Shown here: positions 18,072 through 27,441 of the stretch, one piece after another
Position numbering within the stretch: the first letter of the stretch is position 1
Layout of the letters: the number at the start of each line of letters is the position of its first letter
Assembly (NCBI GenBank): GCA_036229005.1
Contig: JAZAMN010000006.1
Span: 1 to 64,000 of the forward strand
Direction: 5' to 3'
Source: Myxococcota bacterium
Lineage (GTDB): Bacteria > Myxococcota_A > UBA796 > CAJQPC01
DNA: 64,000 nucleotides
The notes under the pieces: model-generated
Database searches by the model: none
Told to the model about the DNA's origin: nothing
Seen by the model: only the letters and a program-made list of their open reading frames with translations
Made by a program: the position numbers and the translations under genes

Positions 18072-18194
18072 CCGGGACACCAGAGTCAGGCTTTGGGGGT
18101 GTGACAGACTGCAAGTCGCTGGAATCAGGCGAAAACCAAGGGTGGCACGCCACTTGCTTCCACTTGGGATAGCCTGACCTCACCCGGAGTTCCC

Positions 18195-20114
18195 ATGTCC
18201 ATCCTGATGATCCTTGCCCTCAGCGGCTGCAACCTGCGCGACCCCCAGTACAAGCTCAAGGCCTTCAAGTCCTGCGAGGCCCTGGAGGCCTCCCTCAAGG
18301 ACAACGCGGTGGAGGAGATCCGCTGGGCCCACTCCTGGGGCGGCGGCAGCTTCGGCTTCGGCCGCGAGTACGCCATGGTCGCCGAGTCGGACATGGGCGC
18401 AGCGATGGAGGACGGCGCCACCAACACCGCCTCGGCGGGAGGGGACCGCGACTACTCCGACACGAACACCCAGGTCAGCGGCGTGGACGAGGCCGACCTG
18501 ATGGAGACCGACGGGACCTACATCTATGTCCTCGCTGGTGACACCCTGGTCATCACCAAGGCCTGGCCGGCAGAGGAGGCCGCGGAGGTGTCCCGCATCT
18601 CCCTCGAGGGCCGACCCAGCGGCATGTTCCTGCGCCCCGAGGATGGGGAGCTGGTCGTGCTGACCCAGCCCTCGTACCAGACCCCCGACCCCCTCTCTGG
18701 CGAGAGCTCCGTGCGGGTCCAGGGGCAGGAGAACCAGGTCAAGACCACCATCGTCGACGTCGCCGACCCGGCGGATCCCGTGGTCCTGCGCGAGGTCTAC
18801 ACCGAGGGCGCGCTCTATGACGCCCGCGTGGTGAACGACACCCTCTACGTCGTGTCCTACTCGGATCTGGGGACCGGGGGGTACATCTGGGGCTACGACA
18901 ACAAGGAGGCCGCCATCGACGCGGTCAAGGGCACCACCCTTGCCGACTGGATGCCGGGGCGCTTCGACAACCTGCGCTCCGCCGCGGGGTCGACCTGGAG
19001 CGCGCTGGACGCGGACATCTCGGACTGCACCTCGGTCTTTGGGAGCGACCGGCCCTCGGGCAACTACATGGTCAACGTCGAGTCCCTGGACCTCTCGGAC
19101 ACCAGCGCGGAGTTCCTGGGGACCTCGGTGCTCAGCTCCGTCGACGCCATCTACGCCAACGGGGAGAACCTGTACGTGGTCTCCGCCGAGGCCAGCGAAG
19201 GCCCCTGGCAGACCTACGACTCCACCATCGAGACCATCATCCACCGCTTCGACATCTCCGATGGTCAGGCGGCCCCCGAGTACATGGGGTCGGGAGAGGT
19301 CCCGGGGTGGACCCTCAACCAGTTCTCCATGGACGAGCACGCCGACCACCTGCGCATCGTGACCACCTCGGCCGACAGCGAGGACACCTCGGCGGGCCTC
19401 TACGTCCTGGACATGGACCTGCAGATCGTCGGCGAGGTCGAGGACCTGGCCCCCGGCGAAGAGGTCTACGCCGTCCGCTTCGACGACGACACCGGGTACG
19501 TGGTGACCTTCGAGCAGATCGACCCCCTGTTCACCTTCGACCTCTCCGACCCGGAGACCCCCCAGGTCGTCGGTGAGCTCAAGATCACCGGCTTCTCCAA
19601 CTACCTGCACCCCATGGACGACGACCACCTGCTGGCGGTCGGCATGCAGGCCACCGCGGACGGCTGGGCCACCAACCTCCAGGTCAGCCTCTTTGACGTC
19701 AGCGACCTCGCCGACCCCAAGGTGGACAGCCAGCTCGACCTGACGGACGCCTACGGCTCCGAGGCCCAGTACGAGCACCTGGCCTTCAACTACTTCGGCC
19801 CCGCCCAGACGCTGTTGATGCCCGCCTACACCGAGACCAGCACGGGCTCCGAGATGCTCATGATCCACGCTGCGGTGGGGGATGAGCTCTCCGAGAGCGG
19901 GCGCATCAACCAGGACGATCTGGTGAGCGCTTTGGCCGAAGAGTACAGTTGGTGTGCGGGCTTCCGGCGCTCCGTCGTCATCGAGAACTACGCCTACGCC
20001 ATCTCCAACGCGGGCATCTCCATCGCGGACCTGGACGCCGAGGAGCCCGGGGCCTTCCACACGGTGCCCTTCACGGGCGTGGATGCCTGCGCTGGCGAGT
20101 ACTACTACTGGTAG
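18195..20114 (+). CDS. secreted beta-propeller domain lipoprotein (Beta_propel family)
   Basis: DYSDTNTQVSGVDEADLMETDG, LNQFSMDE, YVVTFEQIDPLF, GELKITGFSNYLHP. Confidence 0.9.
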   Translation: MSILMILALSGCNLRDPQYKLKAFKSCEALEASLKDNAVEEIRWAHSWGGGSFGFGREYAMVAESDMGAAMEDGATNTASAGGDRDYSDTNTQVSGVDEADLMETDGTYIYVLAGDTLVITKAWPAEEAAEVSRISLEGRPSGMFLRPEDGELVVLTQPSYQTPDPLSGESSVRVQGQENQVKTTIVDVADPADPVVLREVYTEGALYDARVVNDTLYVVSYSDLGTGGYIWGYDNKEAAIDAVKGTTLADWMPGRFDNLRSAAGSTWSALDADISDCTSVFGSDRPSGNYMVNVESLDLSDTSAEFLGTSVLSSVDAIYANGENLYVVSAEASEGPWQTYDSTIETIIHRFDISDGQAAPEYMGSGEVPGWTLNQFSMDEHADHLRIVTTSADSEDTSAGLYVLDMDLQIVGEVEDLAPGEEVYAVRFDDDTGYVVTFEQIDPLFTFDLSDPETPQVVGELKITGFSNYLHPMDDDHLLAVGMQATADGWATNLQVSLFDVSDLADPKVDSQLDLTDAYGSEAQYEHLAFNYFGPAQTLLMPAYTETSTGSEMLMIHAAVGDELSESGRINQDDLVSALAEEYSWCAGFRRSVVIENYAYAISNAGISIADLDAEEPGAFHTVPFTGVDACAGEYYYW

Positions 20115-20258
20115 CGTCAAGTCCCGCTGGGAGCGCATCTGGAGACCCCCGGGGGCCCCTGGGGGACTCCTCGCTGAAGCGACACTGAAAGGCCTCCGTC
20201 GGCTCTTGCGAATGGCGTTCAGTTGGGACATACTCGTTCACCGCCCGGAGTCCCCCAG

Positions 20259-22742
20259 ATGCCCGCTCTCCTGCTGATCATGCTCGCCGGCTGTCGCACC
20301 GAATACAGCACCTTCTCCAACACGCTGGAGCTGGTGCTCGAGGTGGACGACGACGCGCCCGCCGCAGGTCAAGAGGTGGTCTACAAGGCCTACATGGGGG
20401 GCGGCGGGGATCCAATCGACATCGACGAGCTGGCCCTGTCTTCGGACCTGGAGAGCCTGCTCGACTACGACGAGGACTCCCTGGTCGCGACCATCTCGGG
20501 CACCCACACCCTGGTGGCCTCGACCACGTACAAGGGGGAGCTCTACGTGACGAGCATCCCCCTGGACGTCCAGCCGGGGCCCGTCGCGGTGTTGGACCTG
20601 GAGCTGGACCTCCTGCAGATCGAGGCCGGTGAGTCCCTGGGCTACAGCGTCTACGCCTGGGACGCCTACGGGAACCCCACCGAGCCCACCAACCTGAGCG
20701 TGACGGCGGACAGCGGGGACGTGAGCGTGGGCAGCGGGGAGCTCACCTCCACCGTGCCCGGCAGCTACCTGGCGACCGCGAGCAGCGAGGGGGTGGACGA
20801 CGCGGAGGAGTTCCGGGTCGTCGCTGGGCCGGCCGCCTCCCTGGTCCTGACCTTGGACAGGAGCGGCTACGAGCTCGCGGACACCGCCCGAGCGACCGTG
20901 GACATCACCGATGCCTACGGCAACCCCGTGGACGAAGGCTTCGACCTCTGGACCGACCCGGCCCAGGGCGTGAACATCGCCTACAACGCCCTGACCTTCG
21001 TGGAGGAGGGCTACTTCACCGTCTACGCTTCCACGCTGGACGGCTCGCTGTCGGACTCCGTGGGCCCCCTGCTGATCGACAGCACCGGCCCCGAGATGGA
21101 CCTGCTCTTCCCGGAGCGCGGCTACGAGACCACCGACGCGGGCTTCTACGTCTCGGGCACGGCCTACGACGACCTCTCCGGCGTCGCCGGGGTGTGGGTC
21201 AACGGGGACGCTGCCACCCTCAACGGCGACGGTACATGGGAGGTCTGGCAGGACCTGGACTACTCCATGAACCTGCTCGAGACCGAGGCGATGGACGGAG
21301 ACGGCAACCTGTCCAACGACCTGCGGGCCACCCTCTCCGGTGAGTTCACCGAGTACGGCTACAGCGTCGAGTCCGGCCTGGAGGCGCGGATCTCCGAGAG
21401 CGGCTTCGACTCGCTGGAGACCCTGGCTTCGGGCTTCATCGACACCTCGACCCTGGCCAGCGCCATCCCCAACCCGGTGTTCTCCGACAGCTCCAAGAGC
21501 TGCTTTGGTTGGTTCGGCTGCATCACCTGGTACAGCATCAACTTCTACCTGACCAACCCCTCCATCGGCAGCACCGAGCTGGACATCGACCCCACCAGCG
21601 GCGGCTACCTGGACACCGAAGCCAAGATCAACAACCCCTACCTGAACTGGAGCGCCAGCGGGAAGCTGGTCGGCGTGAGCTACTCGGGCAGCGGCTACGT
21701 CAAGGCCGACTGGATCAAGCTGAACATGGACATGACCCCCTATGTGTCCTCCGGGCAGCTCGGCGTCACGGTGTCCAACGCGGCGGCCAGCACGGGCAGC
21801 TTCGACTTCGACATGGACGGCTGGGTCTACGACGTCGTGGACTTCTTCGGCTTTGACATCGACGGCATCGTGGAGGGCTACCTGGTCGACGCGATGGTCG
21901 ACATGGCGGAGGACGACATCCCCGACCTCTTCGCGGACGCCGTGCAGGACCTGGAGATCGGGTACAGCTTCCCCATCGAGGGCAACACCTACGACTTCGA
22001 CGCTCTGCCCGACGCGGTGAGCGTGGACGATACGGGCCTCACGCTGGGCCTGGAGACCTGGTTCACCGCCCAGAGCGTGCTGACCCCGCACTACAGCCCC
22101 GGCAGCCTGACCTACCCCTACAGCAAGCCCAACTGGTCCGGCGCGACCGAGGACCTCTCCCTGGGCCTGTCCGAGGACTTCATCAACCAGGCCCTCTTCG
22201 GTCTGTGGGCGGGCGGCCTGTTGGAGTTCAGCATGGAGGGCGCCGAGCTCGGCCTGGATCTCTCCGACGTCTCCGACTTCCTGCCTGGCCTCACCGAGCT
22301 GAACATCCAGACCTCGGCCTACCTGCCGCCTGTGGTGGTCCCGGGTACGGGCACCTCGCTGCTGGACATGCAGCTCGGCGACTTCGAGGTCAGCATCTAC
22401 AACGGCGAGGTCGCAGAGGAGAACCTCTTCCTGCGCACCTACGTACACCTGGTCGCTGGCCTGGACATGAGCGCCACCTCGGACGGCACCCTGTCCGCTG
22501 GTCTGGGGGACATCGACGTCCAGTTCGACCTGGTCTTCCCCAACGAGGGCGGGCGCTACGCCGCCGACACCGAGGCCTTCCTGGAGGCCTTGGTGCCCCT
22601 GCTGCTCCCCAGCCTCACCGGCGCCCTGGGCGAGATCCCCATCCCCGAGCTGGACGGCTTCGGCCTGAGCAGCATCGGCGTCTCGCTGGACGGCGCCGAG
22701 GACGGCATCGTCGTGTTGAGCGGGGATCTGTCGGTGAACTGA
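20259..22742 (+). CDS. lipoprotein with Ig-like domains and a putative LBP/BPI (TULIP)-like C-terminal half
   Basis: MPALLLIMLAGC lipobox; DAYGNP Ig-like repeats; LGLSEDFINQALFGLWAGGLL resembles the BPI C-domain. Confidence 0.65.
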   Translation: MPALLLIMLAGCRTEYSTFSNTLELVLEVDDDAPAAGQEVVYKAYMGGGGDPIDIDELALSSDLESLLDYDEDSLVATISGTHTLVASTTYKGELYVTSIPLDVQPGPVAVLDLELDLLQIEAGESLGYSVYAWDAYGNPTEPTNLSVTADSGDVSVGSGELTSTVPGSYLATASSEGVDDAEEFRVVAGPAASLVLTLDRSGYELADTARATVDITDAYGNPVDEGFDLWTDPAQGVNIAYNALTFVEEGYFTVYASTLDGSLSDSVGPLLIDSTGPEMDLLFPERGYETTDAGFYVSGTAYDDLSGVAGVWVNGDAATLNGDGTWEVWQDLDYSMNLLETEAMDGDGNLSNDLRATLSGEFTEYGYSVESGLEARISESGFDSLETLASGFIDTSTLASAIPNPVFSDSSKSCFGWFGCITWYSINFYLTNPSIGSTELDIDPTSGGYLDTEAKINNPYLNWSASGKLVGVSYSGSGYVKADWIKLNMDMTPYVSSGQLGVTVSNAAASTGSFDFDMDGWVYDVVDFFGFDIDGIVEGYLVDAMVDMAEDDIPDLFADAVQDLEIGYSFPIEGNTYDFDALPDAVSVDDTGLTLGLETWFTAQSVLTPHYSPGSLTYPYSKPNWSGATEDLSLGLSEDFINQALFGLWAGGLLEFSMEGAELGLDLSDVSDFLPGLTELNIQTSAYLPPVVVPGTGTSLLDMQLGDFEVSIYNGEVAEENLFLRTYVHLVAGLDMSATSDGTLSAGLGDIDVQFDLVFPNEGGRYAADTEAFLEALVPLLLPSLTGALGEIPIPELDGFGLSSIGVSLDGAEDGIVVLSGDLSVN

Positions 22743-22793
22743 GCCGGAGTCAACTGCCGGGTCCCAGGCCCGGTGCTCCCAGGCCCGGTGCGC

Positions 22794-24329
22794 TCAGGCG
22801 AGCTGCTCCACCAGTTCGGCTCCAGCGCCCCCAAAGTGCAAGAGCTCCGGGGCTCGCGCGCTGTGTTCCTCGCTTGCGCCAGCGAACTTCTTCAGAGTGA
22901 GCTCCACCGCGGCGTCCCAGTCGGTGTTCGTGGCACCCAGGGGGCTGACCCGCTTCTCCGGCCAGAAGCCCCCCCGGGTGGTCTCCAGGCGGATGTCGAT
23001 GGGCAGGCAGAAGGAGAAGTTGGAGAGGTCCACCGCGCTCAGATCCCCACCTTCTCGGGAGAGCAGGGGGAGCAACATCCGCGGATGCACCTTGGCCAAG
23101 GCGAGGAGCTCGTCCTTGCCCACGGGCACGCCGAGCTGCGGGCCGGTTGCGGCGAGGGAGCGGGCGGCAGCCTGGAGATCCTTGACGCCCAGGCCGCCCA
23201 TGAGTGGGGCGAGGGTCTCGAGCAGGGAGAGGCCCGCCTGCACGGTGTAGGCCCAGTGGTGCTCGACGCGCACGGTGGCGGCGACGGTCTCGATGTCGGC
23301 CAACTCCTTGTTGAACCAGTCGGCGTTGAGCTGCTCGGGGCTGAGGGCGTGGCCGCGCCCCAGGACGCCAAAGAGGGTGGCGAGGTTCCAGGGGAGGCCG
23401 GTCAGGCCGGGGGTGGCGGCGGACTGCATGGCCCAGGTGGGCCAGCTCGCCTGGATGCGGCAAGCCACCCACTGATCGGGCCTCAGGCGCTTGTCGGCGG
23501 CGCGGATGTGGCGGTCCAGGATGGTGGTCAGGGCCTCGGTCGCGGTGCTGGCGAAGAGGCTGCCGGGCGCGGACTTGATGAGCAGAGTCTCGCTGATCCA
23601 GGCCTGGCCCAGCGCTTCCAGAGCGCCGGGGAGGGGGTGGGTGCAGCCGTGGGCCTGGAAGAAGCCCTGGGGTCGGTCCAGCAGCTCCAGATCGCCCTGG
23701 GCGCCCTGCTGGGCGAGCTCGGCGGCGGTGTAGCCACGCTCGACGGCGGCCGCGGTGGCGATGCCCCGGCCGGCCATGGTGGCGGAGAGGGGGCGTCCAG
23801 CGCTCCCCAGGGCCAGGGCGATGGCGTGGGCGAGCTGCTGGGCGTCCAGGCCGAGCAAGCGTCCAGCGGTGACCGCAGCGGCGCAGGCCTGGGTGGAGAG
23901 CCACGCGGGGCCCGAGGAGGGCGCCAGGATGCCGGCCAGTCCGACACGGCCGGCGATCTCATTGGCGGCGACGATCGCCAGATCCAGGTCCTGCGCGCTG
24001 TGCTCCCCGACGAGGGACCAGGCGACCGCGGAGGCGGCGGGGCCGGTGCTGGCCCACAGGACGACGTCGCCGAAGTCCAGGGCGCCCAAGAGCGCGCTGT
24101 GGTAGCGCAGGCTGTCGCGGCGGCTGCTGTGTCGGGTGGTGCCGACCAGGGGGGACTTGCCGCGGGTGGCGCTCCCCCGGAGCAGCGCGGAGGCCATGGG
24201 CAGGGCCGCTCCGGCGCGCAGGGCACCGGCAGAGGAGAGCTGCTGGAGGCGGGCGCGCTGGAGGACGGCGGCGGGCACCTGGTCGGCGCTCAGATCGTGG
24301 GCCCAGCGGGCCAGGCGGGTCAGGGTCAT
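22794..24329 (-). CDS. MmgE/PrpD family protein (divergent)
   Basis: LARWAHDLSADQVPAAVLQRAR N-terminus, ALDFGD, LLGLDAQQLAHAIALA. Confidence 0.75.
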   Translation of the reverse strand: MTLTRLARWAHDLSADQVPAAVLQRARLQQLSSAGALRAGAALPMASALLRGSATRGKSPLVGTTRHSSRRDSLRYHSALLGALDFGDVVLWASTGPAASAVAWSLVGEHSAQDLDLAIVAANEIAGRVGLAGILAPSSGPAWLSTQACAAAVTAGRLLGLDAQQLAHAIALALGSAGRPLSATMAGRGIATAAAVERGYTAAELAQQGAQGDLELLDRPQGFFQAHGCTHPLPGALEALGQAWISETLLIKSAPGSLFASTATEALTTILDRHIRAADKRLRPDQWVACRIQASWPTWAMQSAATPGLTGLPWNLATLFGVLGRGHALSPEQLNADWFNKELADIETVAATVRVEHHWAYTVQAGLSLLETLAPLMGGLGVKDLQAAARSLAATGPQLGVPVGKDELLALAKVHPRMLLPLLSREGGDLSAVDLSNFSFCLPIDIRLETTRGGFWPEKRVSPLGATNTDWDAAVELTLKKFAGASEEHSARAPELLHFGGAGAELVEQLA

Positions 24330-24346
24330 GGCCGCATTCTACCCGG

Positions 24347-24634
24347 TCAGCGGCGCTTGCGGCTGCGGGGGCTGTGGACCTTGATGCTGGCGCCCGCAGG
24401 CTGCTTGCTGATCCAGGCCACGGCCTTGGCGAACTCGGGCTGACCCAGCAGGCCCTCGACGGTGGACAGATCGCAGCGTTGTGCGAGCTGCTTGTTGGTG
24501 TAGAGGCGGTGGACGAACTTGTGACAGGGGCCACAGAGCCACGCGACCGCATCCGGATCGACCTTCCGGGTACGCAGGTGGTGCCGCGTCATGACCTGCT
24601 CGGGGAGCTCCCGCTGGCAGGCCTCACAGCGCAT
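24347..24634 (-). CDS. small HNH-like endonuclease (YisB-like)
   Basis: CxxC...TRHHL...LCGPCHKFVHRLYTN. Confidence 0.8.
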   Translation of the reverse strand: MRCEACQRELPEQVMTRHHLRTRKVDPDAVAWLCGPCHKFVHRLYTNKQLAQRCDLSTVEGLLGQPEFAKAVAWISKQPAGASIKVHSPRSRKRR

Positions 24635-25398
24635 CAGGCGTAGCCGATCTCAGGGACCGGGGTCAGGGCGAGCTGGCGCAGGACCTCGACCACACCCACG
24701 GAGCTCTCGTGGGGGAGGGCCTGACGCAGGCAGGCGACCTTGCCGCTGAGGTAGGCGGTCGCCATGGAGCTGGAGCGGTAGGGCTTGCGGCCACCGGGCT
24801 CGCGCTCGACCGCGAAGCCGTGCGCCAGGAACTTGCCGGTCAGGTTGCCCCATTCCTTGCGCGGGAATCGGTGGGGCGCGAAGTAGTAGTACTTCTCCAG
24901 GGGGCAGTCCTTGTGGGAGGCCACGCCGACGGTCTCGGGCAGGTCCGCGGGGTAGGCGCGGTCACCCATGGGGTGGGCGGCGGCGAGCACCACGGAGTTG
25001 TTCTCCACGGCCAGCGCGCAGCAGTCCCGCAAGAGCAGGGCCTTGCCCATGTTGGGCGTTCCCAGGGACATGTTGATGACCTGGGCGCCGTTGCGGGTGG
25101 CGGTCTCGATCCCGGCGGCCATCAGGTCCGCGGAGGTCTTGAGGCGCGCGCCCATGATCTTGACGGCGAGCAGGCGGGCCTTCGGGGCGACCTTGTGGAT
25201 CGCGACGGCGACCTCGGTGCCGTGGCCGTTCTCGTCGTGGAAGTCGGCACCGAGCAGAGCGTGTCCGGTCGCACCCAGCGAGATGTTCCAGCCCTCGATC
25301 TCCAGTCCGGAGAGGCGGGGGTCGCTGGTGTTGATGCCCGAGTCGATGACGGCGATGGTGACGCCTTCACCGTCGTACTCTTTGCCCCGAAACCGCAT
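24634..25398 (-). CDS. short cytoplasmic subtilisin-like (S8) serine peptidase
   Basis: VIDSG, GHGT, VINMSLG and SSMA motifs; no signal peptide or propeptide; start placed at ATG 25398. Confidence 0.8.
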   Translation of the reverse strand: MRFRGKEYDGEGVTIAVIDSGINTSDPRLSGLEIEGWNISLGATGHALLGADFHDENGHGTEVAVAIHKVAPKARLLAVKIMGARLKTSADLMAAGIETATRNGAQVINMSLGTPNMGKALLLRDCCALAVENNSVVLAAAHPMGDRAYPADLPETVGVASHKDCPLEKYYYFAPHRFPRKEWGNLTGKFLAHGFAVEREPGGRKPYRSSSMATAYLSGKVACLRQALPHESSVGVVEVLRQLALTPVPEIGYA

Positions 25399-25494
25399 GA
25401 TCTTCCGCTTCTGCTGCCGGGCTGGCAAGGGTTGCAACTGAGAGTCAGATAATAGGAGAGGGGCCGCCTTTCCACAAGCCGTCGGGGGGAGTCC

Positions 25495-26262
25495 TTAGGG
25501 TTCTCCGGCCCCGTCGCGGCGCAGCCAGACGGCGTGGACCGGGAGGCCCTTCTCGTCGAACTTGCGCTGGTAGTTGGTGCGCAGGTCCTCTTCCCACGGG
25601 GTGCCCTCGCGGCCGATGTCGCCGCTCTGACCGAGCAGCGAGAAGGGGCGTCCCTCCATGTGTTCGGTCACGGCCTCGACGTTGACCAGGTGGTCGGTCT
25701 TGAGGCGGAGCTCGGCGCCGGGCTTGAGCAGCGTCGCGACCATGTCCAGGAACTCGGGGCCCAGCAGGCGGTTCTTGGCCCAGCGGTCCTTGTTCCAGGG
25801 GTCGGGGTGGTTGATGTAGAGGCGGTCGATCTCCCCGGGCGCGAAGAGATCCGAGAGCGCGGTCGCGTTGTAGCGGCAGATGCGCGCGTGGGCCTCGGCG
25901 TCCTCGTTGCGGAGCTTCTTGGCGGTGAGGATCACGCGCTTGAAGCGGATCTCCAGGCCGACCATGTTCCACTCGGGGTGGCGGGCGGCCATGCCGGAGA
26001 AGAAGAAGCCGTTGCCGGTGCCGATCTCGACGTGGAGCGGGGCGCTGCGGTCGAACTCCTGGTGCCAGGCGCCCCGACAAGCGGCGGCCTGGTCCGCGGT
26101 GAGCACGGGGCGTCCCCAAGCGCGGTGCTGCTTGAGGTAGGGGTTCAGGTCCAGATCCCCGTAGGTCTCCAGCGGCTTGTCGTTCCAGAGCCGCTCAGGC
26201 GGCGGGATCACCTGGGCCGCGGGGTGCGCTGGGATCGTTGGGTTTCCACTGTGCGTCGCCAT
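25495..26262 (-). CDS. trmB: tRNA (guanine-N7)-methyltransferase
   Basis: VEIGTGNG, GLEI, HPDPW, LKTD, TNYQRKF; start uncertain because it overlaps moaE by 68 bp. Confidence 0.92.
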   Translation of the reverse strand: MATHSGNPTIPAHPAAQVIPPPERLWNDKPLETYGDLDLNPYLKQHRAWGRPVLTADQAAACRGAWHQEFDRSAPLHVEIGTGNGFFFSGMAARHPEWNMVGLEIRFKRVILTAKKLRNEDAEAHARICRYNATALSDLFAPGEIDRLYINHPDPWNKDRWAKNRLLGPEFLDMVATLLKPGAELRLKTDHLVNVEAVTEHMEGRPFSLLGQSGDIGREGTPWEEDLRTNYQRKFDEKGLPVHAVWLRRDGAGEP

Positions 26263-26641
26263 CGACGAAGAGCTCCTTCTTCCAGACCGGCAGGCGCTGC
26301 TTGAGCGCCTCGATCACGAAACGGCTGGCCTCGTAACACTCCCCCCGGTGGGGCGTGGCGACAGCGATGACCATGGAGCACTCTCCCAGGGCGAGGCGAC
26401 CGGTGCGGTGCGCGATGGCGACTCGGCAGCCGGCGATGCGCCCCTGAATCTCGGCGGCCACCTGCGCCATGACGGGGACCGCCAGCTCTGGGTAGGCCTC
26501 GTACTCCAGGCCCCCGACGGGGCGGCCGTCGAAGTTGTCCCGCACGGTGCCCTCGAACACCAGCAGCGCGCCGCAGGAGGGGTGGGCCACGGCGTCCCGG
26601 TAGCGCTGGATGTCCAGCGGGCCGTCCACGAGCTCGAACAT
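26195..26641 (-). CDS. moaE: molybdopterin synthase catalytic subunit
   Basis: GALLVFEGTVR, LEYEAY, HRTGRL, LKQRLPVWKKE. Confidence 0.95.
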   Translation of the reverse strand: MFELVDGPLDIQRYRDAVAHPSCGALLVFEGTVRDNFDGRPVGGLEYEAYPELAVPVMAQVAAEIQGRIAGCRVAIAHRTGRLALGECSMVIAVATPHRGECYEASRFVIEALKQRLPVWKKELFVDGDAQWKPNDPSAPRGPGDPAA

Positions 26642-26877
26642 CAGCCGCCCCCGACGGGGGGGAGGAAGGCGACGAGATCGCCATCCTGGAGGGCGTGCTC
26701 GCTGCCCACGAGGGCGTGGTTGACCGCGAACGCGACGGGGAGGGAGCCCGCGGGGGTCGCGCCGAAGAGCTGCTGGAAGAGCGCGCCCACGGTGCTGCCG
26801 GCGGGGACGCTGAGGGTCTCCTCGTCTGCGCCCCGGAGCTCACGGAGTTGGGCAAAGCTGCGGAGGGTGATCTGCAT
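26641..26877 (-). CDS. moaD: molybdopterin synthase sulfur carrier
   Basis: FAQLRE, AVN, VAFLPPVGGG C-terminal di-glycine; adjacent to moaE. Confidence 0.93.
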   Translation of the reverse strand: MQITLRSFAQLRELRGADEETLSVPAGSTVGALFQQLFGATPAGSLPVAFAVNHALVGSEHALQDGDLVAFLPPVGGG

Positions 26878-26925
26878 GGGCCGACCAATATCGCGTCACC
26901 AGGGTCCTCGTCTTATCCTGGAGAG

Positions 26926-27432
26926 GTGCTGCTGCTCTTCCTCCAGCTCTGGGCCTGCCGCTCGTCGGATCCCGTCCTCAGCGGCGTCGGAGATGATCCG
27001 GGCGCCGGCGAGGTCACCACGGCGCCCTACGCCCTGCCCGCTGGGGTGCTGGTGGACCTGCCGCTGTTCGCCGGAGCGGAGCTGGACACGGTGCGGGGGC
27101 GGCTGAACGAGCAGATGGGCGATGTGCAGAGCAAGCAGACGCTGGGCGGTGGCCAGGGCGAGCTGCTGACGCTGGAGCGGGGCCAGGTCTGGGTGCAGGA
27201 CGGGCGCATCTACCAGCTCCGCGTGGACCTGGAGCGGCCCACTCGCCGGGAGGCGGCGCTCAGCAGCCTGAACATCGATCCGCGCGTGGACCGACCGGCT
27301 GCGCTCTCCGATGAGATCCGGGTGCAGTGGCACCAGGGCTTCGAGCGCCTGCGGCTGGGGCGCGCCGAGCGCTGGTCGGAGATGGTGATCTGGGTGGAGC
27401 TGCGGGCCTTCGACCCGCGAGAGGGCGGGTGA
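26926..27432 (+). CDS. hypothetical lipoprotein
   Basis: GGAGAG then GTG; MLLLFLQLWAC lipobox-like N-terminus; fills the gap between moaD and murG. Confidence 0.6.
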   Translation: MLLLFLQLWACRSSDPVLSGVGDDPGAGEVTTAPYALPAGVLVDLPLFAGAELDTVRGRLNEQMGDVQSKQTLGGGQGELLTLERGQVWVQDGRIYQLRVDLERPTRREAALSSLNIDPRVDRPAALSDEIRVQWHQGFERLRLGRAERWSEMVIWVELRAFDPREGG

Positions 27433-27441
27433 TTCAGAGGG

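Noticed and set aside
24347..24634. HNH gene as a homing endonuclease or partner of the DNA methylase
   Set aside because: Small stand-alone YisB-like protein about 20 kb from the methylase, with no intron, intein or mobile context
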